DNA of 64,000 nucleotides from Vermamoeba vermiformis (Eukaryota): NCBI GenBank assembly GCA_045837725.1, contig JBEWZL010000208.1, positions 1 to 64,000 of the forward strand, read 5' to 3'. Shown piece by piece: positions 1 to 10,182 of this stretch (position 1 is its first letter; each line of letters starts with the position of its first letter). The notes under the pieces were generated by a model. It saw only the letters and a program-made list of their open reading frames with translations, ran no database searches and was not told where the DNA came from. The position numbers and the translations under genes were made by a program.

Positions 1-3000
1 ATTGATTCCAAAGACTCGATGATTGATTCAATCTTTGGTCTCGATTGCGGTGACATCTGCCAGCATTGTTTCATGACATCAGCGAGTTGAGGATGACATG
101 ACGATGGAATGACAGGTGTCAAACCTGAGTCTCTGATCAATCGACCGATCTCAATCGGATCTGCTTCGCTGTGAGGCTCTTGTCGTGCAGTGACTTCGTA
201 CATCAGAATACCAAATGACCAAATATCTGTTAAAACGTACTTGTTAATAATGATGCGTCATCGGTCCCGCGTCATTGACGCGTGTCAAAGTGTCAAATCT
301 TACCAGACTTTGTGGAGTACTCTTTGTTCTTCAACGACTCTGGTGACATCCATCTGATTGGTCCAAGTTCTGACTTTGTTGTTCCGTGTTGTTTCTGTTC
401 GTCAACGAGTCGTGACATGCCGAAGTCAGTCAGTTTTGGTTCGTTTCTGTGAAGTAACACGTTCCTTGCTGCAACATCTCTGTGCACGATGTTGTTCGAG
501 TGCAAGTGACTGAGTCCTTTCGCAACGCCAACAAGCCATTGAATTTGATTGCTGAATGATATCTCTGTTGTTTCCTCGTACAACTTGGCATCGAGAGATC
601 CACCTTCACAGAACTCAATGATCAAAATGATGCTGTCTGTCTCTGGATGCACACTGAAACCAAGCAACTGAACGACATTTGGATGAGGTCTGAGTTGCAT
701 CATGAGTTCGAGTTCAGCGATGACACTCGTGTTTGCTTGAGTCATGCTCACTTTGAGTGCAACTGTTGTGTTCTTCCAAGTGCCTTTGAACACTTGACCC
801 GATGCTCCTTGACCGAGCTGCTCTCCGAAAGTGATCTGATCGAACGGAGTGAACCATGCTCCGAACCGTGCCTCGAGACCAACAGTGTTTGATGAGCCTT
901 TCTTCTTGTTGCCACGCCTTCTCTTGAGCAATACGACTATGAGCGCTATGACGCCTCCAACGACAACGACAACGGGTACTACAATTGCTGCTGCAAGCTC
1001 TCCGTCAGTCAGTGCTTGGCTGTTGTTCGGAGTTGTGTCATTGTTGGAAGCATGAGGTGTGAGATCAACGATAACATCAGACTCGAGGATAACGGATGCG
1101 TTGAGGAACAATATCTCGTCTGTGTAATGTCCAAGTTGATAGTGCTTTCCTCCTGCCACCATCACTGTCCTATCGTGCAATCCTGTTGATATTGTTGAAA
1201 CGAAGCCGTATTGGAACGGTGCTGTGTACCAGATTGATTTGTCGTTTAGATTCACCGCGTATGCCAATCCGTCGCTGCCCAATGCCACCAGAGTACTGTC
1301 AACAATTGCAATTGATAACTTGTCTTGAGGCTTTGGCAATGAAAATGTGTCCATGGTTCCAGTATTGATGTCGTACGTGTAAATCTTCAAGAACTGCGAT
1401 ACTGTATTTGTTGAAATATGCATGACATTATCTTTAGTCACAAACTGCCATGTAAACTGTTCGCCTGGTTGTGGAACACGTTCGATCGAAGTTGAATTGA
1501 CTTGAAGGATTGAGGAAACGAGCATTGCAGGTAAATAGCCTACACCATCAACTACGGGCACTGTATTGACGGTGGAGTAGGTGGGCTTTTGGCCGTCCTG
1601 TACTCGAAGCAATTCTCCGCTTGTAGTGTTGTATCGATGCGTGTTCTGTGCCAGCAATGCAATGAGCATGTCGTCAATGACTAACACTGGAGAGAAATTT
1701 ATCCGAACGCTAGCATCCAGTATATCGATGCTTGGCAGCCACGTTTTTGTCACGTAATTGTATACATTGATCTTTTGGTAGCGCAAGGAAGTTTTGAGTT
1801 GAACAATAGCTGAACCATCTTTTGAAACCACGCTCACCGATGAAAAAGGCAGGTTAACTATTTGAGTGAAGTTGAACCACAATACTCTGCTACCCAAACT
1901 GATGACATCTGTTCCAATCGCAAAATCGCCGATGAAATTTACAAGAATTGCTTCTGACATTTGCTGAGTTTCCGCGTTGTAAATCTGCGCGTTGCCGTTG
2001 ACGAATAGAACTAATGTGCTTCGGATCTATTGATACGATTGAGTCCCAATTCACAGATATTGTGTTTGGTATTGTTGAGATTGATCTTGTCTTCGAGTCG
2101 TAGACAAGCAGATCGTCTACTGGATTGTAAAAGATGTACTTGTCGAACCAACGATACGCCTTGATAATTTCTGCAGTTATGACGATTGAACTCCAATAAC
2201 CAGCCTCGTAGATATCAAGCACAAAAATGTCATGGACTATCACTATTTGATTGTCCCAGGACAGTGCTCTCTGAGTTATTCTTGCAGTCCAGTTGGCGAC
2301 ATTGGTGCTCCAATCAAAAATGCTGTATCCGGTTATATTGAACACAAACGCCACGTCACTGAGTACTACTGCCTGCGTTGGACTGTCTAGTAGAACTTCG
2401 TGCCATTCTTCCGTGCCAAACTGATGCACAAAGTACCTGTCAGACGAGTACGCGACAAGTCTACCATGAGCTACAGTGAAGCCAAAATTCGAACTGAAAG
2501 TGCTTGCTGTGGTGACGACGCTGTTGAATACTGTCAAGTTGTGTGTATACGTGTCGTAGATCCAGGCCGCGTACAGTGGCTGAAGTGTCGTTGAGTTGAC
2601 ACCGCCAATGCCAACGATCAAGTTTTCATAAACGAGCTTGATGCCTCCACTGATTCTTTGCATCCATGAGGTTAGAGTTGGTATGTATTCCCATTGCTTC
2701 GAAGAGTTGAAGAAGTCAGCGGAGAACGCTCCGAGAACTGTCACAGTTGAGTTGTGATTCGAGACTTGAATTGGCGTCCGAACTGTTGGTCCACATCCAA
2801 TGTCTTCGTATTGATGTAAAGACGAGTTGTAAAGCATTGTACATGAATTTGGGAATTGACTGCCGGCCACAAAGTAAATATTTTGACCGATGACAGCTGT
2901 TGAGATGAATCCACGAGGTTCTTCCAAGAAAATCGGCTCTTCCCATTCTCCTGATGTTATATTGTATATTTCGACGATATTTGTGGGAATATAATCGTTA

Positions 3001-3161
3001 AGTTCGAAGCCACCAGCAAAATAAAATTGATCTGCAACTTGGATCGCTCCTACTGCGTCACGTGGTGCAGAGAAGCGCTCTTTTTTAATCACAAGAGTGC
3101 TATGGGCAATTGTAAGGCACAGAGTGAATGCCAAGAGCGTTAGAATTATTGGATGTGCCAT
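1..3161 (-). CDS. Receptor-like kinase: signal peptide, Kelch/beta-propeller ectodomain, single TM, tyrosine-kinase-like domain; 3' end runs off the window; +1 frameshift near 2022
   Basis: Signal peptide MAHPIILTLLAFTLCLTIAHS; Kelch-like YFAGG and LEEPRGFI; TM AAAIVVPVVVVVGGVIALIVVLL-KRRR. Kinase motifs GQGASGQV, VALK, HRDVAARN, DFG and GPIRWMSPE. An intron at ~303-228 is followed by DIWSFGILMYEV...CWQMSPQSRP. ORFs 1890-3161 and 293-1960 join via a +1 shift. Confidence 0.85.
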
Positions 3162-3792
3162 TTATCGGTCCTGTTTTAAAAAATCATCAATTAATAAGTT
3201 TTATTACGAAAAAATTAATAATCCAAGAGGATAGATTAAATAAAAATCTTTTTTTTGGATGTGATCCGGTTGCTCTAATGTGGCTGAGCACTGCACTTAC
3301 TTGTTTCTGAATCATAGATATTTTTTGGCTAAATACAATTATCACTTCTGGTGGTCGTGCGTTTTTCAACGGAAGCAAAATACTGGAAGTGTTCGGTAAA
3401 TGATGATAGGACTAATTAATAAATTTTCAATTATTGCGTCCAGCCGTATCAGCTCCTACAGAGAGGCCTCAAGGTAGATCCAATCCTTCGTTTTCATTGT
3501 ATGTCATATGCCAAGCAAAGCTTTGCTATGTCTCATTAGCAGGACACAATGATGGAATGACAGGAGACAGCCAACAAATTTAATTTAAAGTAAAATACAC
3601 GATTGGTACAAGCCAAGTTAATGTATCAGGTCAAACTTGAGTCTTGATCAATCAACCAATCTCGATCGGATCTGGGAAATTACATTTGGGACCAAAAGTA
3701 GCCACAAAAGAGCACACAATTCCGACCAACCGGCATACGGTGAGCTTTATTTGTTTTTCAGATCCTACAAAAAAAGGATGGTTCGATTTCAT

Positions 3793-6445
3793 TCAAAAAT
3801 CATAATTCTTGAACAAAGTGCTCTTCTTGAAGAAGTCATTTGAGTAAACAAAGTCATTGGCACCTTGCAACAGTTCCTCAGTTTGCACGGTATTCACGGT
3901 CAAGCCGATCGTACGCAACTTTGTCGCAATAACTCCTTCGTACTTCCTCAAAAAACTGTGCTCTGCTAGTGTTTCATATTGAAGAATAATCTTGTTGTCG
4001 AAAGCGCTAGATCCGCCGCACAAAGTAATAATTTCACGAATGGAATCGATGAAATTTTCAGTCGTCTCTTCGTCTGGTCGCTGTTCTCTTTCGCCGTAAA
4101 ACACCTCAATAAGCTTCTCTTGCTGTCGTTGAACTTTGAACTTGACAATCGGTACGACAACTAATTGTGCTGGCATGTTGTTGAACTCGTGTTCTTCACA
4201 AATAACAAGGGCCGAGCTGAAATTCTGAGAAATAGCCGCACACAGCGGTCTATCGATGAAACTGATCGTTCTTGGCTCGTATTCTTTCTAAAGTGTCAAA
4301 GTGTCAAAAATGTCAAAAAGTTTCGAGGTCAATACGGCTGAACGTACCAGAGCGTAGGCAACTGTAAACGCATTAAACTCGTTGATGCATGTGATATGAC
4401 TGTCGATAGGATTTCGAAGCGTAAGCTTTGACTTGGCGACATTTAAATGTTTTTTAGTAGATCCCTCGTTCTCAAGATCTTTAGCGTCAATCTAAAAGAA
4501 ACTATTAGTCTCCTGAAAATTCGCTCTGGCAGTGATCAAAAAAAGATAGCTTTCACTTACTTGGCCAGTGCCAATGGTATAGTCAACTTTTTTCTTGTCG
4601 CCCCAAGCCAATCGATTAGTGATGATAATAGTGACTGGATAGTCCGTAGTAAATTTCTTTTCTGCTTTTGGATGTAATTTTCTCCAACTTTTTCGCAATA
4701 AATACATTGCTTGGCTAAATATAGCACCGTAAACACCGTGGTTGTCAAATCCAATGACGCCGTAGTCGGTCATGTAAGGATACCCGTCTCCAACACTCCA
4801 GCCATCGAATGACATGTCCCACGGGTCATATTGGCGCACTGCTAAGGCTAATTGCGGATCTTCGATCGTAAATTCACCTTTTTGCGCGTACGTCTTTTCG
4901 CCGGTGAAGAGAATCAAGGGCTCAACGCCTTTCTGTTCAATACTGTACCGCGTCTGGTACTTGCCTTTCCTAATTTGGAAAAAGCGTTGTTAGTCGTCGG
5001 ATCAAATACCAAGTCGAGTTTTTGACGCACCAGTTAACCACATCCGGAGACTGCATGGCCGATTTTTCCATATAAGTAGCTGTTTTATCACCCCAGCGAG
5101 ATACGTATTGATTTCTCCATAATCTACCGTGAATTCCAAGCGAATGCCATGCTTTGCAAACTTCACTAATTCGCACGAACGAGAGCAGATCCAACTTTTC
5201 GAAAACTAAACAATTTAACTTAGTTAGAAAAACGTATTATAAAGCTTTTGTTCGCCCTATTGAACGTACTTTCAATGAGAATTTCAAAAGGTAGCATCGA
5301 AGCGATGGCTTTCTTAATGGATCTGCCGTGTTCGAGTTGAATCTGTTGCAACCGCAAGAAGGTCTCGGTGAATTTCTTCGGATAGTTTTCTTTGCGCAAC
5401 TCGTTGAATTTTGCAAATTCTGTGCGCATGTCGTGCCACAAAGGATCGTTCTCCCATGGTTTGCTCGGATCGACCAGATTTGAAACTCGTCTGAAAAAAA
5501 ACGTTAGATCAAACTCGTGCATACTGCATGAAAATATCAAAAATAAATATTATTATTTAAGGCATTATTTTTACCTGAACATAATGCAGCTTCGCATGAT
5601 GTATTTTGAGTTTGAATTGACTTGTTCGCCCTCATGGAAGACATCGTGATTGAACACAAGAGCATCGCCCGTCTTAGGCTTATATGTATATACTACCGTA
5701 GGGTCTTCTCTACTTCGTAAAAACTTGACCGCTCCACCGTCAAATCCGTCGTTCAGGTAGATCGTGATCGTAAAAATAGATACTTCTTGGTGTTCGTTCT
5801 TATACATGCCATCATAATGAGGCTTGAAGTATTGTCCCGGCTTATATCTGCTAAATAAGAAGGCTTCATTGACGCCTGAAGGCAACCAAAGACCTTCAGT
5901 TGCAAATCCAAGTGGCGTTATGTTGTGAATATCTTTGAATTGAAGCTGCGGTTGCAATCTAGCCCAAATATTGTCCGCTAATTCATGTGACATCGAGATC
6001 AAGCGATGATTGTTGCGGTAGTCTGGCGAATATTCACCGGCCAAATCCGAGTTCTTCTCGTAGCCGATCTCTGAAACAAATAACGTTAATTTCATCTGTT
6101 TAATACATTTTAAATTTATTGAAACAATTTTGAAGGGAAAATCAGTTTGGTCCCGATCTGGACTGGAGCTAAAGTCCACAAATTAATGAAAAAATCTCTA
6201 AAAATTTAACAATATTATATCGATGGATTGTACTTACTTTCGGTAGCATCAATAAAAAAATTGCATTCAAAAAGTAAAAGGAAATTATGCAGAACGAAGG
6301 CTCGTGCTCCTTCAACAGGCAGATCTTCTCTTGTCACTTTCTTTTTTTCGTTAGTCTGAGGGTTACTTAGCGATTCAGGCATAGCAGGTAGCTCAACGCT
6401 ACGGCTGTTAGCCTTATACGCGTCGTATTGTTGTTCTCCTTCCAT
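3793..6445 (-). CDS. Multi-exon fusion: 2OG-Fe(II) dioxygenase (prolyl-4-hydroxylase-like) + F-box + divergent actin-like domain
   Basis: Manual GT-AG splicing gives one open frame. Dioxygenase: RYKPGQYFKPHYD...YLND...GG...HDVFHEG...KYIMRS. F-box: LPFEILIEIFEKLDLLSFVRISEVCKAW. C-terminal segments are collinear with actin. Confidence 0.8.
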
Positions 6446-6652
6446 TTCTGGATCTCAAATAAACAAAACGTCGCCAAAAAAAATCCTCGTTCAATTTTTT
6501 GTGCAACAACCTGGCAAACAGAACACTGCTTACTGTTGTCACTGTTTTGTTCCTTTAATTATTGAGGCTCGTCGGTTCTACGTAAAAACCTAAACCGTAT
6601 GTGTACCAGAAACGAGCTGCAGTAAATTTCGCCCAAGAGCTCGGAACGCTGG

Positions 6653-7310
6653 TTAGAGACGACCCAGCTTTTGGAGAATTTTTTGGAGCCTGCTAATACT
6701 AGCAATGAGCCGACGACTGGTAACAACGAGCCATTGCCGAACAATGGACCTACCTCGAAATCGAATACTCCTACTAAGCCAGAAGCCTGTCATTGCTGGT
6801 AGTTTGACCGCGTCATTCTTCTTAATGATTGCTTCATTCATGGTATAAACATTGTTAAAGTCCCTTGATTAAATGTCGAATGTGTCAAATTGCAAAATCT
6901 ATCGTGCGTGGTGAATGATGTTAAGCGGCCTTTAATTGAATCCTAAGTTCAAGTACGAATTCAATAATTGTTCGGTGGCATCTGCTCCGAGAACTCCTCT
7001 GAACATCATCCAAATCGGATCCACTTCAATATTATATACAAATTTGCGTTGTTTTCGATCTCTATCTAATTGCTTATCGTCTGGCAGTCCTGTCAAATGC
7101 ATGTCAGCTGCTAGTTTAAATATTAATTTGACACGTACTCGCGACGTTACTTATCGAGGTGTTTGTAAGCGTTAAGAAGTGCTCAAAATACTTGTTAAAA
7201 CGCGGAATAACTTGTTCGATGGCGGTGTTAGGGAAGCTAAGAGCAGTGGCCCACGGTGAATGGCAACAACGTTGAATTAATTGCAACTCCATTGGCGGCT
7301 TATCACCCAT
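6653..7310 (-). pseudogene. Possible decayed gene of unknown family
   Basis: Protein-like reading across a GT-AG intron, interrupted by in-frame stops (LGFN*RPLNIIHHAR*ILQFDTFDI*SRDF...). Confidence 0.3.
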
Positions 7311-7572
7311 AACCTTTCATGAATAATCATTAATGCATAAAATAAATTTGATAAATATATGCTGCTGCTTACTGCGAGTAACTCTTTTTTGATCGGAGAT
7401 AAAGGCATATAAACTTGATTAACGTATTCTAGTTCGACGCCAAGATCAACGCGGGATAAAAAGTCGACGAAACACATAAATGAAGCGCCAGGTCTACTGG
7501 ACTGCAAAAAAATTAGATCCAAAGGCACATCCGCGAAAATAAGCAGAAACAAAAAAATATGAAGCTTGTTAT

Positions 7573-7643
7573 TCAGGCCTGCCGGAATTGAACCGACGTC
7601 TAAGGGACTACAGCCCTCCATTCTACCACTAAACTAAGGCCTG
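7573..7643 (-). tRNA. tRNA-Tyr(GTA), intronless
   Basis: Acceptor CAGGCCT/AGGCCTG+A (C1:G72, A73 eukaryotic Tyr identity); D loop AGTGGTA; anticodon arm GAGGG-CTGTAGT-CCCTT; T loop TTCAATT; downstream T-run. Confidence 0.95.
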
Positions 7644-8325
7644 CTGTTGAAATTGAGCTTCTAGAAATTTACGAGGTGATCCAAAAGACGAACAGACTTA
7701 GATCTTTGTTGCTTACCTCAACAAATTCGAACGTCCAATGTGGAATGACAGTATTTTCTCTGCAAACTACTAATATGGATATGCATTTGACTTTCTCTGT
7801 AGTGAGTCTCATAAGCAGCATTGCTTTTACAACTGCGCTCGTGGATGTGAATTCATTTATTTCTATTTGACCTGCAAAAATTATTTTAATTATTACAGTA
7901 GTTATGCAAACCGATTAATCGTGATGAAATGAATACATGTTCGCGCGACGCAGAAAGTAAATTACATTTTGTTAAAGTTGAGTCGTAGGGAAAAGAAATT
8001 GAATCCATCTTATATGACCGTATAAAATATATTATTACCTCCAGTAGCTGTAGGGATAATTCTATTTCCTGCGTCTACCAAGTCAAATTTCTTTTGTAAC
8101 TCGTTTGCCATCCGCATGGCTTCGTTTGATAAGCTTGAAAAATCCATTTGCGAGACTACTCTATTATTGCCTCTAGTATTGTATGACGATGGTCACAAAA
8201 AATCGGCGCACGGAGTTTTTTCCCTTTTCAAAAGCACGTGACTGCGCTGTCCTGTTTCAGACCCTTTCGCGTTTTTTCGTTGTGTCATTTATTATCCACA
8301 GTCCGTCATATAAACAATACAAGTA

Positions 8326-9766
8326 ATGTCGCAACATATTCCTAGCTTTAAGAATAAAGACGACGAAACCAAGTTTCTGACTCTTTCCGAGATCTTTATC
8401 GATGTAAAACCCGAGCAGATCATCGATAAATTGAATGAAGCTCATGGCGATGTTCAAGGCGCAATTGAAAAAATACTCTCTGCAAAGGGCAGCTCTACTC
8501 CTCGACCGGTAAGTATTAATTTTAAATTTATCAAAAATTTTCGAAATTATTTTAAATCGTCCGAAAAATCGAAAATAATCGTGGCATGATTACTTTCAAG
8601 TCCTACATTAATATTAATATCGTCATAAATTAATAGGAACGTGCCAATTCTGCAAGCAAGCCCGAATCCACCACCGACGCCGAAAAGACCAAGAAGACGC
8701 AAGAAGAATTAGGAATGGTTCAAAAGACGTTAGAAGACATCTATGAGAAGAGCTTTGAATTATTAGAAACGAAGATTAAAGAACAATCAGTCGAAATTGA
8801 AAATTTATTGACGCATCTGAAGACCACGAAAGAACAGATCAGTCTGCGCGATATGGAACTGAGTAGATATAAGACTGAAATCGAGGTAATTTCAAAATTT
8901 TCCATTGATAGAAATCTTTCTGATAGCTGACTAAATCTTTCATCGAATCCAGAATCTGAAAACTCAATTACTTGAAGCAAACTCGAATCCAGTGGTTCAA
9001 CCAGCGAGTTGCAAGTGCCAAGACATCCTTACTACGTCAGTTCAAACGACACAAAAGGCTACCGATGCTGGTCTCGCAGGATTAAGCAACTTCCATGCTA
9101 GGTACGTGCCACATCCACCAAATGCAGCAATTCTCTGTGTGCTTCTTTGGCTAATGATTTCGTTATTTAGGTCGCAGGAAGACGCCTTAAAAGAATTTAA
9201 TTTGAAGTTCAAGCTCAGCATGGGCTTTTCTTTCCTGCGCGAGGCACTGGATACGGAGATGAGCAAAGAAATGCTGGAACAATTCATGCTAATGAAGCTT
9301 GCTTTCGATCAAAGCTTTCACGCACGAAGCGAAGAATTAAATCGAAAATTTGACGAAGAGAAGCCTAACCCGGAGGATGGTCCGTTGTATCCGCAGCTCG
9401 GAGATGCGAATCAACCACAACAACAGCAGCACCGATTGCCTCAAATGCCTCAACAAGGACCCATGCACTACATTCGACAAGTACCGGTGCCTGGTCTCAA
9501 GCAGCCGCCTCCTCAATCCGTGCCCATTGGTTATTCCGATCTTGAGTGGATCGACGAATCCGTTCAATAACCAACGCGGTCAACAAGGACCTGGAGGCCC
9601 CATATACTCAGCTCCTCTTCCTCATCCCGCCTCACCGCAGTACTACTATTACTCAGCACCACCTCCTCAAAATCAAGCTGGATCTGGGTACTTACATCCC
9701 GTGCCTCCCTTGGTCAAGCAGCAATCTTATCCTGGCTCCCTGCACTCGTCACAAAATCTTCAATAG
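8326..9766 (+). CDS. CUE/UBA-like domain + coiled coil + P/Q/Y-rich tail protein (tail needs a +1 shift near 9544; otherwise ends at 9570)
   Basis: N-terminal LSEIFIDVKPEQIIDKLNEAHGDVQGAIEKIL is CUE-like. Three GT-AG introns keep frame. The low-complexity tail with an NPF motif continues in the +1 frame. Confidence 0.65.
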
Positions 9767-10182
9767 ACGCGATGATAGAGCGTACTGATGTAATTATCGC
9801 TCCAGAACGTGAAGTTGAAATGCCTCCAGGCACGCAGCTGGTCTGCTGAGTTTATGTTTAGTGTACAGAATGCACGAAGTGCGTTGTAAATAATTTAAAT
9901 AATTTGTTAATAATTTATGGCTATATTCAATTGTAACAATTAGGTTATTGTCATTATGAGCTGATGAATGCAACAAGCGACAGATGACGGTTTCCTCTTA
10001 CTTTAGCTTACCTTGCATGTGTTGTCGATACCTTTAGCTTATACGAAACAGTGAGTATTGTTTGTGGTGTATTGTGCGGTGGGGTTAACTGAAAACATTT
10101 TTTTTTTGCAACGGTAACTATTCCACCTGATCAAACAAAGAACAACAATTCGTAACATATTTAACAACCAAAGCAACGCAAT

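Noticed and set aside
2027-2036. 10-nt GTATCAATAG micro-intron that would fix the kinase frame
   Set aside because: Far below the intron sizes seen here, and no equivalent exists at the other sites.
6599-6802. Plus-strand low-complexity reading ending CHCW (CaaX-like)
   Set aside because: An in-frame stop near the start and no supportable gene model.
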